Position numbers and translations under genes: made by a program. This document shows, in pieces, positions 40,097 through 51,531 of a stretch of DNA of 64,000 nucleotides. The notes under the pieces are model-generated. The model saw only the letters and a list, made by a program, of their open reading frames with translations, made no database searches and was not told the origin of the DNA. Where the stretch lies: assembly GCA_964035545.1 (NCBI GenBank), contig OZ037766.1, positions 7,988,722 through 8,052,721 on the forward strand, in the 5' to 3' direction. Within the stretch, counting starts at the first letter, position 1. Each line of letters starts with the position of its first letter. This DNA is from Bugula neritina. Lineage: Eukaryota > Animalia > Bryozoa.

Positions 40097-43000
40097 AAGT
40101 ATTGATCAGATTTGTTCGAATGTGGCATCGAGTCAGCTAAGTCAGTTGGAAGACAGCGCTGACTCTTTACTGTCCAGACCGCTGCCAGTAATGATAACCA
40201 GTTTTACCTCATCAGTGACTACTGCTGCCTCATTCAGTGTGCCACCCGCCACTCACATACCTTCTACTTCAGAGCCTCCAAACGAAGCACTCAATCTCAG
40301 TATTAGCAATCGATCTCCCAGTACCTCCACTACCTCCCTCCTGCACCAACCAGTAGCTCACCAGAAGGTTCTGCAGAGAGGCTCTTGGCCTCAAGCCGCA
40401 CTGTCACCCACCAAACTACAAGATTATAGAAGCAGAAGAGATTCTGTGGTATTTCAACCTATATTTACCTTTATTTACCTGTATCCCACTCTTCTAGAGT
40501 GAGTTAAGGGGAGAAAGCCAGTGGCTTATTTAACCCCAATAATGTAGCATATAAATGTATGCCTAGTACTTACTAATTACTAGAGTGTAATCATTGATGA
40601 CTGAAAACCCCCAAAAATTTTAGATTGAAAGCGTAGATTAAATTGGAAACTGGAGCTGTAGGTTATGATAGTTCTAACTGCTGTAGGATTCCGACCCAGT
40701 GGGTTCAACTTCTGCCAAGTTAGAAGAAAATATCGATGAAGCTGGCAAGGAACGAAGGCGAAGGCAAAAACTGGCAAATAAAGACAATTTATTTTGTCAG
40801 GTAGTACTTTTGTGTTGGGCTACATCTTTTCTAATGACATCACACTATTTGATAACTAGCAGTTAGATGCAAGTGTTAGATATAATTGAAAATTAATTCA
40901 TAAAGTCATGAGACTGTTTACATGCAATGCACATATTTCATATTTCAAAGTCACTGAAGCAAGATATTGCGTTGAGATTGAATAAAATTTTGCCAATATG
41001 ACACTTTTTGGCCCAGACAAGCAGTGCTTTTAATTCTCTAGATGTATAATCTGCATCATAAATCTAAAATTCAAATTAATAGGTCTGATATATTTAATAA
41101 TGATTGGTGAAGATGAGAAACTCAGTTGATCTACTGATAGCTAATGTCTGCATGCATATTTTCCTTCTGATGTTATCAGGGCAGTGGGTGTTTGAGTGCT
41201 CAGCCTTATAAGACTGGGTTTACACTTTGAGGTAAAATGAAACATTTAAAACTGACCTTATTTTCAAGAATTCCAGGTTTAATAAAAACTTACCCCTCAA
41301 TTCTACTTCTATTTTTGCACTAGTAAGCTTTAGTTATATGTTTAAACTGAAAATCGAAATAATATTTTCTTGTAAGTGTTATGTAATGAAATGAAAAAGT
41401 TGTAGATTCTTTTCAAAAAAAAATTGTAGCAAGCTTCGTTTTGTTAGTCAGTGGAATTCAAACGACCAGTCTAATAGTGAACTAAACTACTTGGTGTTAA
41501 GCTTGAATATGGGCCATTTTAGATTAGCTTTGTTTAGAGCGCGCCATCTTGAATATATTGTTGCCACCTTGTATTCAAGCGGTAGCTACAATCAAAGTTG
41601 AATAGCTGCGAAGTTGGCGTGGATGGACAGGTCATCATTCATGTTCGTGATGTCCACTCCTTTAGACTAACTGGTCAGTTCCGATACAACAAAAGCCTGG
41701 CCTAGATCTATTGACCACCTGGGAATTGTGCAGTGCCTGCTGTTGCTAGCATATAGTAATTTTTAAATAATTATTTATTTCTTACTTCTCAGGACAACTG
41801 CGTGAAAATATTACAGTTGACTGCTATTAATCACTGGATTGTCAAAGCTGGTGTAGGATTCCAGACACCTACAGTAAATTATTAATCTAGACCTCAGAAA
41901 TTATAGTGAGGACAAAGTCGTCAGTTTAGTTGTGGTGGATATCATAGTAATAGTTGATGCAGTTGTCCTTCTTAAATCTTATGAAATGTTGTTGTCATTT
42001 TTGTGATTCTTCTGATATTTATACCAACAGTAATTTTCTAGCAAGTAGATATCCTATATTGATGAAAAACAAAACATTTGAACAAAACTAAAGCAAACTC
42101 AACGGAGGAAGTCAAATTTGATTGATAATTATTATACATGTTAATTTTATGAAGTATTTTAGTACATGGGGGTAGTAAGTAAATATAGGAATATGATAGA
42201 GGATAGTTATAGTATGTTAGTAACTAGTGCAGTTGGTAGTTGCCTCCCCTACTTATGGGTAATAATGGCTAAACAAATATATTGATAGAGATCGAATGTC
42301 CTATAGTATGTTCAATGAAAGGTGTTTGTCTCGAAAGACTTGCTTTGAGTTCAGTCATTAGTTTCACAATTTTTTCTTCTATAGCTTTTATGATAATTAT
42401 TATTCTACTTGAAAGATTAAAGGAATTCTAATAGAATAGTGAGCCTGTGATTGAAATATTGCACTCTAAATAGATGACCTGCCTTCTGCTCAGTATGCAG
42501 TCATTTCCAGTTCAATTTTACGTAGCACAGCAGTGCTTATTTCTAAATTTCTAACTTCTAACATTGGTGGAAAATGAAGTAGTCTTAGAACTACCTGTAG
42601 ATGCATATTACCAACATCTAGTTACAGTAACTTTAGCTCAGTTTTTGATAGCTTCTAGAATATAAAATTTCCGGGTTTATCAAGTTTTAAATGTGGAGGA
42701 ATATGGTTGTAGTCGTTTAACAAGTTTCAACCATAGCAATAATAGTTTAAAAGTTTAATAGTTTTTAAAAGCAAGTATTTTGACCTGTTGGATCCTTCAA
42801 AAGCTTACCAGCCGGCTTTATGTATTTCTTAGGTACAAAAAGCTAATCTTGCTCCTAAATTAATCTTTTGAATTCAATAGTATTTTTAATAAAAATATAT
42901 TAATAAATTTTAACCAAGAAGTTTTTAATAGATAATTTATCCATTCTTGTGGTCACTATGAAAAATGAACAACTTCAAGAAAACTTATCTGTAACTATAA

Positions 43001-46000
43001 CTAGATATACCAACTGCTCTTGTATTGATACGAACAAAGGTTGAATATTTAGATTTGTTTTAAAGAAACATTTATAACTCTCATTCTCTAGTAGTAAAAG
43101 TGAGTGAAACTTGATTTTATAATGAATAGTGTTGTGGCAGTTGTAGTAGTAATAATAGTAGCAGGCTAATAGCTGTTGTTTTTTAATCAGTAGCAGCAGG
43201 GTTGTTGTAGTAGAAAATAGTACTAGTAGTAAAAGTACTTCTATCACTAACTGCAATTAACTGCAACAGTAATAACAATATAGTAAAAGATGCTGTTACA
43301 TAGAAAAGACTTCAACTTGTTGCTAGCAAAAGCTACCCACAGCTGTTTTGTGTGGCCAGCATGCTGAAGTAATGCTGTGAACAGTTTCGGCTGTAGTGAT
43401 ATAATTGGCTGCTTTTTATTTCAGTTGTGAATCGTGAGATTTTAAGATGAAATAATTTATAACATTGGACAGCAAAGCAAGTGGTCACTCACACCTATAC
43501 TGGCGACATATTATTGTGTGTGGCCAAGTAGTAGCGAAATGCTTCATGTAGGGGGTAGCAGGATCTCATAGTAGTAATGCCAGCAGTTAGTAGTAGCAAT
43601 ACTAGCTAGCAATACTAGTGTAGAAGTTGAAACCACCGAGGGTCAATGTTTTGTGACAAACCAAAATTATAATTGATGCAGTGATAGAAGCTAGATGTGG
43701 GTGAGTGAATGACTGAGTGAACGTAAACCCCCTTCGCCTGTGTGGTGGGGCTTTGCTGTAGTGCACAGTGCAGTTACCTGTAGGCCAAGCTTGGCCTGCT
43801 ATCTTTAGTGATAAGATATGAAATGCGCCATTTACTAGTTAACTAGTAACTAAATATAGCCCATACTTCCAATCCTACTAAAACATGCATGCTAACTCAT
43901 GATTGGGTCCTAAATCATCAAATTTATTCTAGGGGGAGAGTAAGAAGAAATTTCAAGCAATAAAGATGTGTTACCAAACTTAGATAGACTGATTGTTTTG
44001 TACAAAAATGCTAATTTTCATGTAGTTTTACTTTTCAGTAGTTCATATTGGGATACAAGTGGTTACCTAGTGGGTAGGCAACTTCTTTTGTCAAAAATTT
44101 GCTCAAAAACAGCTTCTCCTATGCATCTCTATACCTAATTAGTAATTAGGAAGAATATGCAGTTGTGTAACAAATAGCCATAAGTAGCTATGGATTCTGT
44201 TTGAAACTTTACAAAACCGATAACTTATCAATAGATGCACTTGTTCAACCTGCATATTCAGTCGTCGTCATTTCATCTCAGACTATGCTTGGTATTGAAG
44301 CTTGATTTTCCTTTTAAAAAGCTGATTGATTTTACAACACATTTTTGCCAGTTATACTTGAAAAAATTACTTAAAAATATTATTTGAGTGATTGATAAAA
44401 AAGTAGCCATAGAATAAAAATTCTGACTCCATGTTTGTTTTGCAGGTTTGCGGAGATAAAGCAAATGGTTACAATTTTGGAGCCATAACATGCGAGTCTT
44501 GCAAAGCGTTTTTTAGAAGAAATGCTCAAAAGAACAAAGACTTGAAATGTAACTTTGAGAACAACTGTAAAATTGATCACTTTACTCGCAAGTTCTGTAC
44601 AGCCTGCAGACTAGCCAAATGTTTTGCAGTCAATATGAAAAAAGAATGGATACTAGGTAAACACCCCTGAAGAAGTTGTCATTTGACATATATACATGCA
44701 TACTATATGTTATGTAATGTCTGTGTTATGTAACAAAGTGCATTAGGCTCCTTAAACCTGATGCACCAGTAGATTTTTCAAACTCTATTTACAGTTTGGA
44801 AGTTAGTACTTTGAAGTTCTAGCTAGCTACCATTATGCTACTCTAACAGAACATTTTATATGCTACAACTGTAAGCTAGTTATTTCTAGTACCGACAGTG
44901 TAATAATTATTTACGTAATAAACTAACAATGAATTGTGGCCATTTTTTTAGATGAGGATGCCTTGAAAAAACGAAAAAAGTTGATCAGGCGTCCTGGAAA
45001 TGACAAGACTCCCGAAACTCCTGGAGACATTGACTATTCCCGACTAGCATCTGTTAGCGCAGTAAATATTAAACTCTACATCATTGGTTTAATGCAGCTG
45101 AAAGTATCTTCATTAAAAGTACTGAGCTGTCGGCCTCTTTATTCCCAGCTTCTGCATTAGACTGCAAGAAGTTATTATTTTAAATGATTTATTGGATATT
45201 AAAATGCTAATTTTTCAATCCTAAAATAGTTTAATGCTAACTTAGTTATGTTGCACCACTATACTATACTGCTTCAAAGCTCTGTTGAGATCGTGCATTT
45301 TTAATTACTTTAAGGCTGAAAGTTTACTTACATTCACTATAATTGCGTTCAGAAAACATATTGTATATTATTACAAATAAGCTAAATTATAAGATCTAGA
45401 AGTTTCAATATAGGGAATGAGTGAATGGGAGAAAATTACATCATGATATGCTTTTGATACTCTTGGGTGTTCTTCAAGGTTGCATATTTACATGAAAAAT
45501 ATTGAAAGCTTTTAAACTGTACTGAATAGTAAAATAAATAGACTTTACACTTTACTTGCATGAGGTTGGACTGTGGTCAACTGGTCAACTCACAAATAAT
45601 GATACTTTGCCGGATTCACGGGATTGGCTTAGCGTGAATAATGCTTCTAGTTATCAGTAAAATTAATTAGGTCACCAGGTGGAGGTGTTAGCCATTTTAT
45701 ATGCTCTAATCTAGCTTCTTGCAGAATTGAAATGTGTTCTAGAAAATACTCAAGTTCTTGTAAAGCCTTCACTTCTGTGAAAACCCCGGATGCCGAGGCT
45801 AAAGACTGACAGAATTGTTTCTGCCTGGAGCACAGGCTGAAACCTTGTCTGACATCAGCATTAGCCCTATCGGGATTTAAACCCATGATTTGGGCTTACC
45901 AGGCCAACACTTTAACCAGTAAACCTGGCTACCCTCATAAAGTATCCTGTGAAATCTTTCTATTCACGCCATTTTGAAAGTAAAAGCAATATTTTTAATT

Positions 46001-49000
46001 TTTCAATTAAAACATAAGTAAAAAATATTTTATTTCACTAAAAAATAACATTACTCACGCTATTGGTGATAATATCAAATAAATTGACTCATTTTAGATA
46101 TCTTTCCCGGGCGCAGTGGCAGCTCCGCATATAATAGGATTTCACCCGTTGGATCCAGCGAATTGGGCAGCCTCTGCCTGGTCTCATTCACAATCTCCAG
46201 ACGAATTAATACCTCTTACAGACGCAGACCGGGCAGTAATTAGTACAGTGATGGAGAATCACGACATGATTGTGACTGTAAGTCCGAACAGTTCTGCCGT
46301 CACAACACCTACACTTACTCCCTCAACCTCTCTACCTCAAGATCTTCAGGAAACTGTTGATGTTATACCTCCATCCAAAATTAAGGTAATATTATTGCCA
46401 ATCAATGATACTAGAGCATTGAATTGCCTTGTAATAATATACGTATAATATCTTCACTTTAGTAAATATCAATACAGCATTACTAATTCTATTTTATGGA
46501 ATTGAAACTCAATAGAGTAAATAGTTACTACTAAATTTTTTATATTTATTTCTAAAGTATGAAGTATACTAAATTTTCTATTTTATTTAAAATGCAGCTT
46601 TTCACAAAATATTTGAAAACAATATTCAAGTTTACAGAAGACGAGATTTTGTGTAAAACTAGGTCTGGTGTTTGTTGCGCAAGTCCCTATTTGCTGCATT
46701 GCTATTGCCTGCGGGTACAAGTTAGTTGTAGCTGGTGTACTACTGGTGTTGTTTTCACAAGCTCAAGCTGTGTCTCTGCATAGTTATACCAGCTTGACCA
46801 ATGCTTGCTCAATCGGCCATGCTTGAATGCTAGTGAGCTTTTCATACCTCTTCTGGGCATTCAACTCATTGTTCAAGAGAAATCATTTGGAATCAACTAT
46901 GCCAGTTTTATAGCTGCTGGACAATAATATCCGAAAATTTTAATACTTCAGTAGAGTTTGTGATTCTTGAAGATTTTTCAGATAAAAAATTTTTTTGTTA
47001 TGAAAATAACTAACATTACCGTTAAAATAATACTCAAGAATAAAAATGCCTTTTAAAAATGTATTTTAACATTTCTTTTGCTATTGAAGATTTTTTTGCC
47101 GTTTAGTTTACTGGAGCAACCTAACAATTTTGTAAATTGCTTTGTTCGTTAGTATATTATCTAATTCACCTAGTTTTGTCAGATTAGTTTAAAAATGAAT
47201 GAGATTTTCTAACGATGGTACGCACTGTCATAGAATGCTATTGCCAACCGCTATGACCATAAAGCAGTTGTTGTTTCAGGATGTAGGAAGACAAAGTGAA
47301 GTAGGCATGTTTCGTTTTTCGTGACTTAATATTATCACTATGCTTACATCCTTGATTAGTTGAACTAAGTTGTTTAGTAGCACTGCTTCCGGGTCGTATG
47401 CCTCTACATATCAGTACACACATGCTGCACTCCACACGTTGACAGCCTAAACTAATATGCTGGTAGTTTTAATGCCTAATACATAAAATACTATATCCAC
47501 TACATATAACATAGCAACCAAGTTTCCTGGTACTATTTTCTTTTGAAAATCCCATAATGTATTGGTTAGTACAAGTTGACTTTAAAGTATATAATAAATT
47601 TATATGTACTCTTATTAAATAGTTTAAAATAAATACAAATGTTTAAAATGCCACTAAAATAGTTTGTATTGCTGTGAGTATATATATATAAACATAAACA
47701 AAGTCTGATTTAAAAATTTGAGAATTGTCTTAGCAGAAGCCTACTAGTCATCAAACACAAATCTACACTCCTTAAAACATTTGAAGTCATCATGCATAAC
47801 CTTTTATAACAAGAAGCTATATTTCACATAAATCTGCTACTAAATTAGTAGGCCATCTATTGACTAGTCGCCCTGTATATTTCTATTCTTTATAAGTAGC
47901 CTATGATGTCTAGCCTCGGGTATTTATAGCGAAGCCTTAGAACTTTCTTCCATGCAGCTTATCTGCCACGTATGAGAATCTCAGACTAAAAGTTATTGAG
48001 TTGGCTATGGATGCCTGTTTCATAGGCTGGTTTGTTGCAGACAGAACCAGAATTGGAACCATATGTAGTCGTTCACCCAGAAGAGCCACCCGGGGAGGTG
48101 AATCTGGATAATGATACTGAATCAGGAAAAAAATCCAATACTGAAGACACCGAAAACTCATCTACCTCAACTCAGCAAGCCGTACCTACCCCAAGTATAC
48201 ACCCTGACGAGGTAGTTATAGTCAATCAAATAGCCTGTTGAATGCTCATTGTGTTTTATATACACTAATGAGTAACACTGTCATTACCATAGCCTTACCA
48301 TTAATGTAGAAATTTCCCAATGTAGCAATTGTTAGTTTATATCTCATATAAAAGTAGGAAGCAATTTTTAGATGTTTCCATATAATGTATTCATGTGGAA
48401 TTAGAATAATGTATATGGAAATGTAATATTTTCTGTTTGAAGCCAAATTTGATACATTTTATATATATTCAAATATTTTATTCAGCTTGATGAGCTTCAG
48501 TTTTACTACAAAAATTACTGGGCAAACAGCAAAATTTAGTTTAGTTATTATCTTGTAACCTTCAAATGTTTTACAATTATGCAAAATCTACCACAAATAC
48601 ATTTTTATATACCGATTATTTATTCATGGGATTACAACTCCAATTGCATTGCACTTGCTGCCCCAAGCTCTATATCCTGTGCTAAAAGACCACACATGAT
48701 GATTAAATTTCTTCACAATTGGCATTGCAGACAAGCACGAGCAAAATCCATAACTTGTAAACCGCATGAGTTACTTTGCCACTAAATGAGATTTGTGTAT
48801 TATATTGTTTAGTATCATTAGCCTGCTTTATTTGCTTTTCATTTTGTAAACAGTTTTACCTTTTTTCAACTTTTTAGCTTCAAATAAAAACAAACCACAT
48901 GTCATAAAGTATTTTTTGGTACATATATTACCATTTTATTAAAAAAAACACTGAATATTCTACTCAGGGGGGCTCAAGAAATTTAGTTTAAATGCAAATC

Positions 49001-50880
49001 AAAATTTTATTAAGAAAAAGTGTTAGTTTTAATAAAATTTGATAATTTGTAATAAAATTTTAGATCAATTGGATATTGTTGAATAATTTCAGTAGTCCGT
49101 TGAAGTTCTTTATAGTTCTCTTCACATAATCCAATTATATTCCATGCTTTTCAGCTGCATTATATTTTACTGGTTCTTTGCGTTCCTGAATCCTTGGCAA
49201 GTAAAGTCCCTAACCATTAGCTCCCGGATGCGACATTTCTTTCATAATTAAAATCTTTTCATGATTCTACAGCTCTTATTTCCTTTTATGTCCAGTTGCA
49301 GTCATATCAGGATATGTGGGTACAGCTACAGCCCAGCTGTTAATTGCCCTTACCAAATTGTATTTGATTAAATTTCTTTTTTTAATATTCTCTTACAGTC
49401 TTTGGACACTTTCATTTGATTAACATTATTAATATCATTGTTATTGTAATTGTTTAGGTGATCAATATGGCCGAAGATTTTATCAGACGCCTGATAACTT
49501 TTGTCAAGTCGCTACCAGAGTTTAGTCTCCTATCACGGAATGATCAAGTTTGCCTACTCAAGGTGAGTTGTTTACATACATTGTACTCTAATACTGCGCT
49601 AAAGCAGCCTGTGTTTCATGTAATCAATCATATTCATATGTGCACCAGGAGGTCTGGCTTAAGTCTAATTAATTAGGCCATTATTTCACTAATAACTTTA
49701 CCTTTGAGAATTAGAAATACACACATTATCTGTTTTGGCAGTATCGAAGAATATCAAATAATTTGTGTTGATTATATAGTGTTGATTAAAATGCAGAGAA
49801 GTATATAAATAAAATATACATGAATTACTTACTGGTAGGTGGTGTGTATAATTGGTCACATAACCATGAATTTATAAAAAAGACATCATTGTTTAATTTT
49901 TTAAAAATTAAAATGTCTATAAACTTCAAATTGTTTTTATTGTTATAATGGATACTAAACAGCCTGAAGGTTAATTTACATAGTAATTTAGTCCTGTAGC
50001 AATTTTGTTGCCAAAAGTAATGTACTAATACATATAATTAGAACCAACAAATAATTTTAATGCTTTGCTGAAAAAATATTGAAAGTATATTATGTGACTT
50101 TCAAGACTGAATTTAATATTTCCGAATTGTAAAATATTTCCCTTTTGGTGAATTGTTCATTAAATTTTTCAACTGTTGAATGTTGGAAAATCTACATCCT
50201 GTTTGAGATTCTCACATTGTAGTTAGTGACATTTGACTAACTGCAAGGTTAGTCTAACATTTGACTGTCTAATATTTGACTAACACAAATTACGCAAAGT
50301 TGGCATGGATTGTAGAATTTATGCCACCATCTAATAAACAACTTAATAAATGTTTAAATAACGTAAAACCTATTAGTTTTGCTATTATATGTTTCCTTGT
50401 ACTAACACAAAATTATGATTTGGTTTTCAGGGCGGTATTCTAGAAACTCTGGTGATAAGATCAGCAGCTGTCCAAAGTGATAGCTGTTCTGAAGAAACGA
50501 TAGATTCGCCAAAATCAAACAACAAGTTGCTTAGGGAGATGATCAGACAACACACCAAGTTTATTACAAAGTTAAATCAAGTTGCCAAATGGGATAAAAC
50601 CACTACCACGTTATGTATGCTTATAAACCTGTTCTCTCCACTCAGAGAGGGCCTCATAGCCCGGGAATCAGTTGCGAATGCAGCTGCTAGGTACGATCTG
50701 TTGCTGCAGTCATATTTGAGGAGTAAGTATTCCTCTAGAGAAGTGAGCAGCATGTACCCGGAGCTTATTGCCACTCTGGATACTGTCAAGAGTTACGGTG
50801 AACAGTCATCAAAGCAGATGTATGGTGTTACACCTGCCGAATTAGAACCACTCATGAGAGACATGTTCAGTATGAAATAA
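40097..50880 (+). CDS. Hr96: Nuclear hormone receptor HR96-like (NR1J; daf-12/nhr-8 group, related to VDR/PXR/CAR)
   Basis: Phase-consistent exons 40097(first in-frame ATG 40191)-40448, 40687-40800, 44446-44656, 44952-45061, 46098-46385, 48041-48211, 49458-49562, 50431-50880; 568 aa from ATG 40191. DBD CQVCGDKANGYNFGAITCESCKAFFRRNA...CNFENNC...CTACRLAKC...MKKEWI has the NR1J P-box ESCKA. LBD signature FVKSLPEFSLLSRNDQVCLLKGG; LFSPLREGL; AF-2 LEPLMRDMF. The true start may lie in an upstream exon. Confidence 0.92.
43135..43285. repeat. (TAG/CAG/TAA)n low-complexity repeat
   Basis: gtagtagtaataatagtagcagg...cagtagcagcagggttgttgtagtag...tagtactagtagt. Confidence 0.55.
45770..45936 (-). mobile_element. 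tRNA-derived SINE (antisense, in a nuclear receptor intron)
   Basis: Minus strand gagggtagccaggtttactggttaaagtgttggcctggtaagcccaaatcatgggtttaaatcccg has A-box and B-box-like motifs. It aligns with the copy at 56774, including the downstream gatg..ag...ttcag....tgctcc. Confidence 0.6.
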
Positions 50881-51525
50881 CCAACATCTACACATAGCTA
50901 TGCTCACTGCAAACTTACTGAAAGATTTGTATGTGCCCGTGTTACCAGTTCAGAGCAGTTGGACCAATTACAGAAGTCTATTATGTAATACCTCAGGGTC
51001 TGCATTAACTATAAAAAATTGTAAATTAGCTTAGGCTCAATATTTTTGTAAGTAGCTAACTCAAACTACTTACCTACATAGGCCAGTACACAAAATATTA
51101 TATAAAACATTACATGAAATATTATACAAATATATTTTATATAGCTGTAGCTATATGTAGCTTATGGAATACGCTTAGTCCGTTTTTTGATTGTAATAAC
51201 ATTTTGATTACCATTGCAGACCATAAGTTCCAATTTTGAATTTTTTCCTTTTTTTAAATATGCTATTTTAGAGGACTGTCAAAGTAGCTGCATGCAATCA
51301 AAATTTTATGGCAGGTTTAAATTGTCGATTGGCCTGGCCATCACATGGCATGATTATCATGGCCTGGCTGTTGCACAGCCGCACCAGTATATGACATGGC
51401 TGTCAAAATTTAACTCAGGAAGTATGTTATTATTATCAGTATACAGCACAAGACTGTGCTTAGTATCTACGTTCTATATTCCATTCTATACCACACAATT
51501 ATGCCTACTTGTATTTTACTCATTT

Positions 51526-51531
51526 AATAAA
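51526..51531 (+). terminator. Candidate polyadenylation signal of the nuclear receptor
   Basis: First of several AATAAA (51526, 51552, 51609) after the stop at 50880. Confidence 0.35.

Noticed and set aside
40430-40450. Alternative-frame KQKRFCG that looked like the start of the zinc finger
   Set aside because: Phase-incompatible with the DBD exon; the first Cys is supplied by exon 40687-40800 (NLFCQ|VCGD)
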